Source of the DNA: Octopus vulgaris | Taxonomy: Eukaryota | DNA: 64,000 nt | NCBI GenBank assembly: GCA_951406725.2 | Contig: OX597814.1 | Span: 123,566,001-123,630,000, forward strand | Direction: 5' to 3' | Shown: positions 51,501-64,000 of the stretch, in pieces | Layout: every line of letters begins with the position of its first letter | Numbering within the stretch: position 1 is the stretch's first letter | Made by a program: the position numbers and the translations under genes | Notes under the pieces: generated by a model | Told to the model about the DNA's origin: nothing | Databases searched by the model: none | The model's input: the letters and a program-made list of their open reading frames with translations, nothing else

Positions 51501-52535
51501 CAGCCATCTCTCCCTTTGCCTTGTAAGGATGTAGTCAATTTGGCTGGTATGTTGGCCCGATTGGTAAGTGACTAGGTGGCTGGTAGGTTTCCTGAAGTTA
51601 GTGTTGCAAATCATAAGATTATTTGCATCGCAGAACTCCAGCAGCCTGGTTCCCTCCTCGTTGCGGGAGCCATAGCCATAGCCTCCATGTACGCCATGGA
51701 AGCCCCCAGCATGTCGTCCAACGTGACCATTGAAGTCACCAGCCACAAAGATAAGGTCTCTGTCGTTCGTCAATGAGGTAGTCTGCAGTAGAGTGTCATA
51801 GAATCGGTCTTTCTGTCCATCGGGTAGCCCCGACTGAGGAGCATAGGCTGATATAATGGTTGCTAAACTATGATGAAGCACTAATCTAATCTTAAGTATT
51901 CTGTCACTTACTCTGATTACCTCAATTACTTTATCTACCCATTTCTCAGCGATAAGTATACCCACGCCACCAACCCCGTCAGTGTTCCCTGCCCAGAAAA
52001 TCTTGTACCTGCGTTCCTTGCCTGTGAGGAACCTAGCTGATCCTCCTCTCCACCTTATTTCTTGCATGCAACATATATCCACACATCTCCGTTCAAGCAT
52101 CTCGACTATCTCACCAGACCTACCTTTCAGAGTGCCAACGTTGAGGGTGCCAACCCTGAGGGTGTGGAAGGCATGGGCTCTAGAGACCCTGGGACGGTGG
52201 ACAGTAGCTTCGTGTACCTGAAAAGAAAGCTCGCATTTGGCAGAATTCATGTGCAAAAAATGAAGTAGTAAAGTAGCCTTCAGTACAACCTGCATAACGC
52301 TAGCCGTTCATATTTTGCACTGTATGAACATTACCTTACATAGGTCGAGACTAGGGGTAGGGAGGGGTAGGGATGGTGAGAGCATTTGCAGTCTTCATGG
52401 GAAGCAACCCCGGAATGGAAGAGAATAGGAACTTCCGGCATGCGTGGTGGGGGTGGGAGGGCGGGTGCACCGTAGCTGAGTAAAGAGGTTCTGTTAATCG
52501 TGAGCTAGCAAATGGGTTTGTATGAATCGGGAGAC
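48532..52535 (-). mobile_element. Near-full-length RTE-clade LINE (APE endonuclease + RT), two ORF lesions, (GAT)n tail; antisense in POLA2 intron 5
   Basis: ORFs 50940-52295 (TLNVGTL, QEIRW, GDFNGHVG, SQIDYIL), 50301-50930 (NYRGIKLL, QFGF, FVDMEKAFDRV) and 49132-50304 (QGSVLSP, YADD, YLG). In-frame TAG at 50940-50942 and a 1-nt frameshift near 50325. The 3' UTR ends in (GAT)n near 48532. The 5' boundary is approximate. Confidence 0.95.
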
Positions 52536-52930
52536 AAATGTTTGTGTGTCTGTGTTTGTCCCACCAACATCGCTTGACAACCGATGCTGGTGTGTTTACG
52601 TCCCCGTAAATTAGCGATTCGGCAAAAGACAATGATAGAATAAGTACTAGGCTTACAAAAGAATAAGTCCTGGGGTCGATTCGCTCGACTAAATGTGGTG
52701 CTCCAGCATGGCCACAGTCAAATGACTGAAACAAGTAAAAAAAAAAAAAGAATATAACTAACTGTCTCATCTTTTACGTAGATATTCTATATTTAGGATT
52801 GCACTATAAGATGTATCCTTTTTAAAAAATAGTGTGTGATTTGGAGGAAATTTAGCTGTTATTTTTAACAAATTGTGTGACCAATCAGGGGTTTATTTGT
52901 TGGCTCTAGAAATGTATCAGACACCTTTAA

Positions 52931-53150
52931 CCCTTTCGTTACCAACCCGGCTAAAACTAGCTCTGACTCTGAGTACAAATGTCTTGTTTTCATAAGTTTT
53001 GAATTAAAATCTTCCACCAAACCTTAGTCACAATTTATGTTCCTAACACTAGCTGAATGATAACTAAGTTATTTTGCTAAATTCTTTGTTACATTTAAAG
53101 TAATTGAAAGAAACACGGAGCATCTCAAAATAAATACAGTAACGAAAGGG
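52931..53150. mobile_element. piggyBac-like TTAA MITE (inverted copy at 2324-2541; related family at 32272-32492)
   Basis: TTAA|CCCTTTCGTTAC...GTAACGAAAGGG|TTAA. Confidence 0.8.
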
Positions 53151-53202
53151 TTAAATGAAATTAGAGACCTTAATTAATGTTAACTACTTAAATGTCTTGC
53201 AG

Positions 53203-53390
53203 TGCTACTCCTCCACGTATTTTTAAAGATCGCACAAATTCTGGTGAATGTGTTCTCAGTTTTGGAAATGTAACCTCTGCTCCTTGGTCAGACACCAGCC
53301 TCAAATGTTCCTTTGATCTTTTCGATACATCTTCAGTTCTTACAAATTCTGTCAAATATATGTTTGAGAAGAAACACGACCAAGCTGAAT
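53203..53390 (+). CDS. POLA2: POLA2 exon 6
   Basis: SATPPRIFKDRTNSGECVLSFG...KYMFEKKHDQAE, similar to POLA2 SATPS..Y.SR.N.GEVV.SFG...MFQK; phase 2->1. Confidence 0.92.
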
Positions 53391-53634
53391 GTAAGTTTAT
53401 AAATCTTGTTTTCTTTTATGATCAAACATCAACAAATGATTTCTTGAGTTCAGCTGATGGTGCTAAAGTCCTTTTATCCTCATCAATGATATTTTCTCAT
53501 TCTTTCAGGTCTCTCTAGTTCTAGTTGTCTGCAAACCTCATGAAGACTCTGACATACCAGCTGATTGATTGATTGCTTGATTAATCAAGCACTTTACTAG
53601 TCAATTAGTTAATTGGCTAACTACTTGACTGATC

Positions 53635-53666
<32 letters not shown>

Positions 53667-54333
53667 CCTTTCTATTATAGGCACAAGGCCTGAAATTTGC
53701 GGGGAGGGGGTAAATAGATTACATCAGCCCCTGTGCGTAACTGGTACTTATTTAATCGACCATGAAAGGAATAAAGGCAAAGTCGACCATGGCAGAATTT
53801 GAGCGCAGAACATAGCAGCAGACAAAAAAAACCGTTAAGCATTTCGCCCAGCGTGCTAATGATTTATACATTAATAATAATAATAACAATCCTTTCTACT
53901 TGAAGCACAAGGCTTCAAATTTGGGGAAAAGGATTAGGTCGGTTATATCGACCCCAGTGCATAACTCGTACTTATTTAATTGACCCCGAAAGGATGAAAG
54001 GCAAAGTTGACCTCGGTGGAATTTGAACTTAGAACATAGTGACAGGTGAAATACTGCTAAGCATTTCGCCTGATGTGCTAATGATTCTGCCAGCTTGCTT
54101 CCTTAATAATAATAATATTAATTCTTTCTAATTTTGGCATGAGGCTAGCAATTTTGAGGGGAGAGGGTATGCATTTCTTATTGGCAAAAATAACTCTCTC
54201 AAGATAAAACAACATCTGTTTCAATACACATTTTTTTTTACATCAAGAATCTTGTACAACTAATGCTAAATTGAGATGATGATAATGCACCATGGTTTTA
54301 GTGTTATTATTTGTTGTTCTTTTTTTTTTCTAG

Positions 54334-54422
54334 ACCTGAACGAACAGATTGATAAAGTGAGTTCTAAGCTTAAACAGAAACATGAATTGGAAAGATTTCA
54401 TCACATTGCTCTTTCATCTCAA
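54334..54422 (+). CDS. POLA2: POLA2 exon 7
   Basis: YLNEQIDKVSSKLKQKHELERFHHIALSSQ |gtaagg; phase 1->0. Confidence 0.9.
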
Positions 54423-55138
54423 GTAAGGTCACATCTTTTCTTCTTTTTCACTCTGTCTTTCTGCCTATTTGTCTGCCTCTTTCTCTCTCGTTCTCATTAC
54501 TAAAAAAAGGTTTGTTCTCTCTGTACCATGAGGTACATAAGGCTGCAACACAATCTCTCCAACCATCTCTGTTTCCTGCCACTGTTTTAGTTTCATTCCA
54601 GCTTCTCCACCCTTGTATCCTTTCCTTATCAATGGTCCTTTGTCATTTGGTTTTAGGATGCCCTGCTGCTATTTTCCCTTCAAATGTCACTTTAGTGCTA
54701 CTATACAGTCACTTCCTTGATCTTGTCTGTTTGTCTTATTTTGTCACTGATCCTGTTGTTTCCTGTTGTCATCTCAGTTGTGTCATTTTGGACTCTTTGC
54801 CGTCACTTGATATCTAACTTCACAAATATCCTGGTTGCTGACTGTTCTGAGCTCAAACACTACCATTTACAATATTTTGTATTTTATTTCCTATTGTTTA
54901 AGGCAAAGGAGGAAGGGAAATTCCCATGACCCTTTCCTGAATGCTCATAGGAAAGGTATAAACATCACAGTTTCATTTTCGCCCTTTCGTCATTAATTAC
55001 ATCCTCTTTTCTATATAAGAATTATTAATGTTTTAAAATGTTATCAACCCTGACATGTAACTGAAGACTGTGTCTCTGGATTTGCATGTGTCACATTTTT
55101 CTTAATTCAATTCCAGACATTCTTTCAATTGTATACAG

Positions 55139-55337
55139 CAGTGGTTCTCAATTATTTTAATATCTAGACCAGATCCAAAGCCTGGATTTTTTTGGGGGAG
55201 CCACACCAAAAAATGTAAAATGCAAGTAAATTTTAAGAAAAATTTATTATGTATATTGAGAGAAGACTATCAAGGGCCACCAGAAGGATGGTTGAAGGCT
55301 GCATGCAGCCCCTGAGAGCTGCAGTTGAGAACTGCTG
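55139..55337. mobile_element. hAT/Charlie-type MITE (related element at 56597-56853)
   Basis: TIR cagtggttctcaa / ttgagaactgctg; TSD gtatacag/gtatatag. The second element has TSD tgctaagt/tgctaggt. Confidence 0.75.
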
Positions 55338-55471
55338 GTATATAGGCTCTGCAGAGTAACGGAGTTTCTTCTGCCTTGAATTTGAAGAATATATTGCATA
55401 TGGGAGGTGTTAGAACTGTTTCGTCTGACTGAATCATTTATGTTTAACTTCATTGCTCTGTCTTTCTACAG

Positions 55472-55627
55472 GAAACTGTTACCATTGCTGGCCGTGTTTG
55501 CTGTGATTGTGAGAGTCGTTTGAATGCTCAGTCAATCCTTCTAGAAGGTTCTCATGAAACTTCCTCAGGAAAGACATGTCCTATTGATGTAACAGAATTA
55601 AAAGACTACTCATTGTTTCCTGGACAG
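55472..55627 (+). CDS. POLA2: POLA2 exon 8 (OB fold)
   Basis: ETVTIAGRVCCDCESRLNAQSILLEGSHETSSGKTCPIDVTELKDYSLFPGQ; YSLFPGQ is diagnostic of POLA2/Pol12. Confidence 0.96.
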
Positions 55628-56014
55628 GTAAGTTTATTTTCTGGGAACATCACTTTGTTTCCTCGTAACTGAATATCCACAGTCAACTCCTTTTTGACAC
55701 AATTTTGATACAGACTGTTCAATATTGTTTTCTCTTCAAAGTTCAAGTTAACCCCTGCCACCTATTTAATTACTGCTTGCATATCAGGAGAGGTGCAGTT
55801 GCTTCACGTATCTTCAAGAGTGCTGCTGCTACTACTACTACTACATGCACACACACACACCACTTGATGATGACAATTCATGGTGATCACCTCATCTTGT
55901 CAGATGATAGCTGTCTCATTAGCGAGACATTTATATATCATGTCATTGGATTTAAGTGACAAAAGCTTGTATAACACTTTTGCCTCTCTCTCTCTCTCTC
56001 TCTCTCTCAATTGC

Positions 56015-56338
56015 CATGTTAAGGAACTCTCCGTCAGTTACGACAATGAGGGTCCCAGCAGATATGATCAATGGAACAACTTGCTTGTGAAATTAATGTG
56101 CAAGTGGTTTAGCATTCCAGACACATGTACCCTTAACGTAGTTCACAAGGAGATTCAGCGTGACACAGAATGTGACAAGGCTGGTTCTTTTTGACATACA
56201 GGTGCAACTCATTTTTGCCAGCTGAGTGGACTGGAGCAACGTGAAATAAAGTATCTTGCTCAAGGACACAATGCATTGCCAGGAATTGAACTCACAACCT
56301 TACGATCATGAGCCGAATGCCCTAACCACTATGCCATG
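56015..56338 (-). mobile_element. tRNA-derived SINE, family C
   Basis: Minus strand begins catggcatagtggttagggc (A box), then gtgagttcaattcc (B box) and CORE-like gtgtccttgagcaagatac. Confidence 0.65.
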
Positions 56339-56445
56339 TTAGGTTTCAGTAACAAGCATTGAATGTAAAACATGTAGAATATTTGGGCCAGATATTTTCA
56401 CTTTAAACACTAAATGGTTAAACTATTTCCTTTTTTTTTTTCCAG

Positions 56446-56508
56446 ATTGTTGCTTTTGATGGTACAAATCCAACTGGTAAAATGTTTATGGCCAAAAAAG
56501 TCTATGAT
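56446..56508 (+). CDS. POLA2: POLA2 exon 9
   Basis: IVAFDGTNPTGKMFMAKKVYD (G.N.TG motif); canonical splice sites. Confidence 0.94.
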
Positions 56509-57551
56509 GTAAGTTTTATGAAAAGTTTTAGCAACCTTCATATAAAGCTGGGTTTGACTCATCTTTTTTTCAGAATGAGGTGACTTTATGCTAAGTTAAT
56601 GGTTCTCAACCATTTTTTATCTATGGACCCTTTTCATTCCTATTTTACTTGGAATGGGACCCCCATAGCCATTTGATGCTTAAAAATAACCCATTATATT
56701 TTTATAATTAAATTTTATTAGGAATTATATTAAAAAATTGTTAAAATATTTTGTGTATTGTAAAAGTATAATAGATTTATTGCACATAAATTTTAACAAG
56801 TAAATCTTTTGTGAACTGCCAAGGATCATGTGGACCCTGGTTGAGAAGCATTGTGCTAGGTGATGAGATAAAGGGAACCAGAACAGAACAGATTCTTGCT
56901 GTAAAGGAGATACAAGGCTAATCATATCTTACAAGAGTCAACCAGGAATTTAAGTGGATTTAGTTGATTAAATTTGGCGTTAGGAAGGGCATCCAGCCTT
57001 AGAAACCATGCCAAAACAGACATAGAACCCGGGCAGCTTTTTATCTGACCAGCTCCTGTCAAACTGTTCAACCCATGCCAGCATGGAAAACAGACATTAC
57101 GTGATAATGATGATGAAATTAACTCCATGCTTTTAAGGATCATTTCTTAAGTATGTGTCGCAACGGTATCCGATTCTATTGAGCGGATCAACAATAACTC
57201 CAGTACATGACTGGTATTTTATTTTATCAACTCTGGAGAATGAAATGTAAAGTTTGTTTTGGTTTGATTTGAACTCAAAACATAAATGCCACAAGGCTTT
57301 TTGTCTAATGCTCTAACAATTTTTGTAATCAACGACAAAATTTGTGAAACTAATTCAATATCATCAAAGTTTTACTTCTGGTTTTCTGTGCTATTATGGG
57401 TTGGACTTTTTTCTAAGAGACTTTTGTTCAGCCTGTTATGACATGCAGGGATGCAGTTTATTTATTCTAAAACCAGAATTCATGCAATATATAGTATATT
57501 ATATGCAGTATTCTAGAAATGATTCTGAAAGCCTCGTATCATATTTTCTAG

Positions 57552-57600
57552 GATGTCCCATTGCAGCAAGCTCCTCTAGTGCCAGAGAAATTGCCAAAAG
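57552..57600 (+). CDS. POLA2: POLA2 exon 10
   Basis: ttttctag| DVPLQQAPLVPEKLPK |gtaggt; phase 0->1. Confidence 0.85.
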
Positions 57601-57726
57601 GTAGGTTTGTTCTGAATTTTTTTCTCTATTAATTTACTAACAGACTTGAGGCTTTGTCATATCTAGTTTGGTGCCTCACTAAAGTTCACTTTGTCAGTAT
57701 CAGTACACAGACACACACATACATAC

Positions 57727-57990
57727 ATCTGTAAATGTAATATGTGACAATTATTTGGTAGCCATGATAAAACTCTGAGTTTCAGATGTCGGGGTGGAAA
57801 TCCATGCCACCATCTCTTCAGTTATTTGGCCATCGGAAAAAATGCTATGACTTTACATAGGATTTTTCATAGCATTTTTTCTGATGCTCGGATAACTGAA
57901 GAGATGGTGGCATGGATTTCTACCCTGACATCTGAAACTTGGAGTTTTATCATGGCTACCGAATAATTGTCACATATTACATTTACAGAT
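57727..57990. repeat. 124-bp-arm palindrome with a hammerhead-like motif in each arm, POLA2 intron 10
   Basis: 57727-57850 is approximately the reverse complement of 57867-57990, with a 16-nt spacer. Confidence 0.85.
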
Positions 57991-58053
57991 AAATTCCTCT
58001 ATTTACATAATATCGAGATTTCTTTCATTTTTTTGTTGTCTTACCATTTCTAT

Positions 58054-58095
<42 letters not shown>

Positions 58096-58713
58096 AATCC
58101 CAAAACGAACAAACACAAAAAACAACAGCACGAGGACATGGTACATGTTATGTATTAGCAGATGCTCAGTGAAGGAAAGAAAGATAGTTTAAAGTTTTGA
58201 GCAGATGCTCTCCTTTGGAAACAGAAGAAAGTCCAACAGAAGGGAAGACGGAGGAAGAAAATCGCCAATGATTCATATGTGGTTACATTTTGAAATGTAT
58301 ATATGTATATATATATTATTTATTTAAAGGTCACAATACATGTGTTAAAGCGCTACTAATAGTTTCATATGTTGAGAAAACTCAAGCATTATTCTTCAGG
58401 TGCAAACCACATATAACAGATCAGTACATTACACACACACACACACACTAGTTTACTGTTCCTTTAAGATCAGATCAACAAAAAAGTACTCCATCTAGTG
58501 AGAGATAAATATCATTTAATGCTCACAGTATTAAAATAAGAATTACTAATAGTCTCTTGTTATTGAGACACATGGTTAAAATCCGCCTAACCATATGTCA
58601 CAATGGCAATAAACAATTAGTAACTCTTAACAATGCAGTGTATCTTCAATGATATATGTATCTACATGTACATATATATATGTGTGTGTGTGTGTGTGTG
58701 TATTTACATGTAC

Positions 58714-58747
<34 letters not shown>

Positions 58748-59054
58748 ATTTACATGTACATATATATATATATGTGTGTGTGTGTATTTACATGTACAGT
58801 AGTGTTTGTGAAAAAATGGCTCCTCCATGCAGTGTTCTTTGTTTCTATATAAACATGTTTGGTCTGTTTGTTGTTTGATAGACTGGGTGATTATTACCTG
58901 ACTAGGAAACATGTAACTGTTAGCGACAGGAAGGACATCTGAAATCTCTGCCCCAGTATTCTCTCGTCTGATCCATACTTGCATGCAAATGTCGACATTA
59001 AAATGATGATGCTGATGATGATATTTAATAAAAGACCTAATTCCATCCTTGTAG

Positions 59055-59176
59055 GTTCCAGTTTGAATATCTTGATAGCTGCTGGGCCATTTCTTACAAC
59101 AGACAGTATAATGTTTGAACCTCTCACAGATCTTTTAAATGTTTGCCAGAAAGAGAAACCTCATATGTGTATTTTG
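59055..59176 (+). CDS. POLA2: POLA2 exon 11 (phosphoesterase-like domain)
   Basis: GSSLNILIAAGPFLTTDSIMFEPLTDLLNVCQKEKPHMCIL, similar to ACGPYTTSDS..YDPL.DL; |gtgagt; phase 1->0. Confidence 0.94.
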
Positions 59177-59565
59177 GTGAGTTGTACCCAATTGCTGATT
59201 TTTTTACCCTTTTTTATTTTCCTGACTTTGCTGGTACCTCGTAAAAATCATCCAGTCTACTCTGTAAAGTGGTTGGTATTAGGAAGGGCATCCAGCTGTA
59301 AAATCCATGCCAAAATAGACATTGGAGCCTGGTGAAGTCCTCTGGCTTGCCAGCTCCTGTCAAAACATCTGACCCATGCAAGCATGGAAGATGGATGTTA
59401 AATAGTGAGGATGATGCCAGCATGGAACATGGATATTGAAAGATGATGATGATGAGCATAATGACAATAATTTAATCAGAGATAAAATTCTGGTATCCGC
59501 CACAGTTTTAATTCCTCTCTGAAGCCATTTCTTTTTATTTATATTGTCAATATTTTTGCTCTACC

Positions 59566-59929
59566 TCAGGAGGGTCATTGTACCAATAATAAACATGCAC
59601 TTGTTCAGTTCTTTTATTATTATTAATCAATTGGTTAAACATCTAACCAACCAATTAATTAATTGATTGTTTCATTAATTGTTTAGTCAATTAGACAGCT
59701 AGGTTTGTCAAAGTCATTTCGTTGCCATTTGCGACCTCATGAGTCCTGTAGTCCAGGCCTGCTTTACTTTGACAAACCTAACTGATTGATTGATTGATTG
59801 ACCAAATGATTAATTGAACAATCATTTTGTTAGTTGATTAAATGGTTAACGAATTGACTAATAAAAATGTAAGAAGTGAAATAGAACCTGCGCATGTGTC
59901 ATTATTGATATAATTAATGACCCTCCTGA
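59566..59929. mobile_element. Foldback MITE in POLA2 intron 11
   Basis: TIR tcaggagggtcatt / aatgaccctcctga, with an internal inverted pair taggtttgtcaaagt / actttgacaaaccta. Confidence 0.7.
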
Positions 59930-62064
59930 AATACAATAAAATTTACTTCAACACGTAAGTTCACATCAAGAAAAGCATGAACACTATGAAATACCATTCG
60001 CCTTCTCCTATAAGGCTTTGTATTAGTTTAAGAAATTGTAAAAGAATTTCTAGCAATGATAAATTCTAAGTTCTAAAAGTTGATGATGCATCAAACAAGA
60101 AACTGGACCAATAAGTTGGAATTTATTTAGGAGTTGAAATTCCATTTGTTTCTGATATCTAATTTTTGTTTTCTTAATAACATTGCCTTGGTAAATCTCA
60201 AAAGTGGCTTTGTGGTTAAGCAGTTTGCTTCCCATCCATGTGGTTTTGAGTTCAGTCCCATTGCATGGCATCTTGGATGAGCGTCCTCTACCTTAGCCTT
60301 GGGTCAATCAAAAATCTTGTGGGTGGATTTGGTTGATGGAAACTGAAAGAAGCCCGTTTTGTATGTGTGTGTTTTTTGTCTTAACATACATGATGATTGT
60401 AAATGAGAATGAATATCACTGCCATTCAGGTGATGTTATTCATTCCCAGTCTTCTGTGGAAAACATGTTTTGCTTGAAAACAGGTGAAGGTTGGTGACAG
60501 GAAGGGCATCCAACCATAGAAAATCTGCTTCAACAAAATTCCATCTGACCCCTGCAAGCATTGAGAAGTGGACATTAAAAGAATCAATAATATTAATATG
60601 TCAATTTGTTCTTGTTGTCTGTACCTGTCGTGTGCGTCACACTTACTTCAAAGAAGAAGTGAGTGGTAAAGCGAGACAGAGGAGGATTTTTAGATGTTCA
60701 ACTAAGGGGTAGTGCTCCAGCATGGCCATCATCAAATGACAGAAACAAATAAAAGAATAAAAGAACACCAGAAGAACGTTCTGTACCACTAAACCAAGAA
60801 AGTCCTTTGAATATGTACAATGTATTTTAAGGCTAAATAGTAATTCTGTTTACTTTTGCGTCACTGAGATATTTTGGTTGGATTATATAATTATCGGTTT
60901 TACACTTCTTTCTATATTCTGTAACTCACACAATATAGAAACATTTCTCATGGCACCATCTCACAATTTACAGATGCTTACATTTTTTGTTTTCTGTGAA
61001 TCTTTCATGGGTCCAGCTAGTTATTAGTATTATGAAAAGGAAGGTGATGAACTGACATAATTGTTAGCTCACTGAACAAAACTCTTAGAGGCATTTTGTT
61101 TGTCTTTATGATCCGAGTTCAAACTCTACCTAGGTCAACTTTGTCTTTCATCCTTTAGGGGTCGATAAATTAAATACCAGTCAAGAACTGGGGTTGATAT
61201 AATCAACTTGCCCCTCCCCCAAAATTTCAGGCCTCATGTCTAGAGTAGAAAGTATTATTATTATTATTATTATTATGAAGGCAGTGAAATGGCAGAATTG
61301 TTACCGTGCTAGGCAAAATTCTTCGTAGCATTTCATCCAGATTTATGTTCTGAGTTCACATTCTGCTGAGGTTGACTTAGTCATTCATCCTTTTATGATC
61401 GATGAAATAAGTACCAGTTGCATACTGGGAATCAATGTAATTGACCAGTCTCCTCCTCACAAAATTTCAGTCTGTGTGTCTAGGATCTTTTCCTTTTGAT
61501 CGGCAGATTGAGAAATTAATTTTTTGTAACTAAACACTTTCAAACTTCGTATACTGGTAGAATGTGTCACATAAAACATCTTTTACTCTTGGCATTGAAA
61601 GGGAAAAGATCCAGTGCCTACAGTAGAAAGAATTATTTTTATTATGATGTCATACTCTAACCTTTCATCATCTGGCACAAGATCACTTCCTCCAATGCCC
61701 CTTCCCCTCTCAAAGGATCTTTGTCTTGTGAGTTACTTGGTGGCCCTGCCAGTGCTGGTACCATTTAAAAAGTGTCCAGTCCACACTGTAAAGTGGTTGG
61801 CATTTGGAAGGGCATCCAGCTATAAAAACCATGTCAAAACTGATCTCGCCTGTGCTGGTGCCACATAAAAAGAACTCAGTCCTCTCTGCTGGGTGGTTGG
61901 TGTTAGGAAGGGTGTCCAGTCGTAAAAACCATGCCAAAACAGACACAGAAGTTTGGTGCAGTCTTCTGTCAAACCTGTCCAACCCATGCCAGCATGGAAA
62001 GCGGACGTTAAATGATGATGATGATGATATCATTTACTAAGTCTTATTACTGTTTATTTCACAG

Positions 62065-62103
62065 ATTGGACCATTCCTTGATGAAGAACACACTGGTATC
62101 CAG
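62065..62103 (+). CDS. POLA2: POLA2 exon 12 (gene continues beyond window)
   Basis: IGPFLDEEHTGIQ (GPFLD..H motif); tttcacag| acceptor and |gtaagt donor. Confidence 0.92.
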
Positions 62104-64000
62104 GTAAGTGTTGATTCATTTTAGATCTTGTCAAATATAGAATTTATATATAATGGGTACAGGAGGGGCTGTGTAGCAAGAAGCTTGCTTTCCAACCACA
62201 TGGTTCTGGGTTCGGCCCCACTGCCTGGTACCTTGGACAACTGTCCTTTATAGTCTTGGGTCAACCAAAGCCTTGTAAGTGGATTTGGTAGATGGAAACT
62301 GAAAGAAGGCCATATATATATATATATATATATATCATATATATATATATATATGTATATATATGAGGATAAAACTTTTCAAAAAAAATCTTATCAGTGG
62401 CCAGCATATTAAAATGCCTTTTAAGGTGAAAATTATTAAATATATATATGTTTGTATGTATCTTTGGTGGTGTTTATTTTCTTCTCTTTATTGATGGCCA
62501 TTGTTGGTTTGTTTATGTTGCCATAACTCAGTGGTGCAGTGAATGAGTTAAGTACCAAACTTCAAAGAAATAAGTTTTGAGGTCGATTTGTTTGACTAAG
62601 CCCTTCAAGGCAGTGCCCCAGCATGGCCACAACCCAGTGAGTGAAACAAGCAAAAGATAAGAAGTAAAAGAAAGATATATATACAAAATAGGCAGAGAAG
62701 CAGAGAACTGGTGATCTTGGCAACTTTTCCAAAAAACTGTTGAGATTGAATTTCTGTCGGTTAATGTCTGTGGGGAAAAATGTGGGCCAAGAGATAATTC
62801 CAGATTCATGTAGCTCTGTGGATTGTCTTGTGTGGGTTTGGAGCTGAAGTTTTAGTTTATAGAAGCAAGCCATTGTTGTAGTAGTAGTAATAGTAGTAGT
62901 AGTAGTAGTAGTAGAGGAATAAAGAGGAATTTGCACTTCTGTTCTTTTCTTACTCTTTTTAAAATAATAATATATAATGAAATTATTGTATACAGTGCTC
63001 AGGTGCACCACAACTTGTCAAAAAGTTCATATAAAGCATATGCAGTAATGTACAAATGTCTGGAAAGTGAACAGTGTATAAGCCAGATACATGCTTTGTA
63101 TCAAACTTTGTGATCAATGTGGGTTTGTTCTGTTTTCTTTTTTCTTCACATCTCATTTATATTGTAATAATAATAATGAAATTATTGTATACAGTGCTCA
63201 GGTGCACCACAACTTGTTAAAAGTGTGTATAAAGCATATGCAGTAATGTACAAATGTCTGGAAAGTGAACAGTGTATGAGTCAGATATATGCTTGCATGT
63301 GTATGGAGGGGAGAAAATCAGGTGTAGTGTTGGCGAATCTCAGGAAGCGTGGAAGTTTTGAAGGATGCAGTGCTCTGACAACTAACAACTGATGCTGGCA
63401 GTTTGTTCCATGCTTCAGCAACTCTTAGCTCCTTTATTTTAGTAATGACTTATCCTTTCTCCCTTTTCGTTATCTTGCTCTCTGTTTCTCACGCTATAGC
63501 TCACCCCCCTCCTCTCTCTCTCTCTCTCTGACTGACTACATCTCATTTCTTTTCTTTCCCTTTATATTTCACCCCCCTCTCTTTCTCTCATTCTCTTTAG
63601 CTGTTTCTCACCATTTCTTTCTCTCTTCTCTGTAGCTATTTGTTATTCTCATACAGCCACACACGGAAACACATACACAAAGAAACATGCATGCACACAC
63701 ACCCTGTGAATTCAATAACATATATAAACGACACCAACTTAATGTTCAACTGTTTAAAATGTTAAACATTTATTACAGACTTTAAAAGATGAGAGTTATG
63801 AAACAATGTTTACTCGAGTTTGTCAAGGAATCAAGGAAATTGCTGAACAGTAAGTGAACATGTTTACCTCCAATAGACTAAGAGACCCCTACATCAATAG
63901 TTCTCAACCAGGGTCCATATGAGTCTTAGGGGGATCTGTCTAAAATTTTTTTGTTTGTGTGCATAGGCGCAGGAGCGGCTGTGTGGTAAGTAGCTTGCTT

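Noticed and set aside
196-63113. Most short ORFs in the ORF track
   Set aside because: They are translations of SINE/LINE UTRs, microsatellites or antisense frames. Recurrent peptides such as WLALGRASSCRN come from the RTE 3' UTR.

Overview
AT-rich, repeat-dense eukaryotic DNA. The repeat families and protein sequences suggest a cephalopod mollusc, probably Octopus (inference). Two intron-rich genes were reconstructed by hand with consistent splice phases. SQSTM1/p62 lies on the - strand (7 coding exons, 18590->7408, 481 aa; PB1, ZZ, LIR, UBA). The 5' part of POLA2 (DNA polymerase alpha subunit B) lies on the + strand (12 coding exons, 38899->62103, continuing past the window), and its intron 3 is a U12-type minor intron. 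The rest is transposon-derived: a near-intact RTE LINE with a PHD-like finger inside its RT, many truncated RTE 3' ends, three tRNA-derived SINE families, Tx1/L1, CR1 and Penelope fragments, a probable solo LTR, Helitron-like elements and hAT/piggyBac/mariner-type MITEs. The most notable unannotated signals are several type-I hammerhead ribozyme motifs, paired inverted heat-shock elements upstream of SQSTM1, and a speculative divergent multi-exon transcript between the two genes. All alignments and folds were done by eye, and repeat boundaries are approximate.
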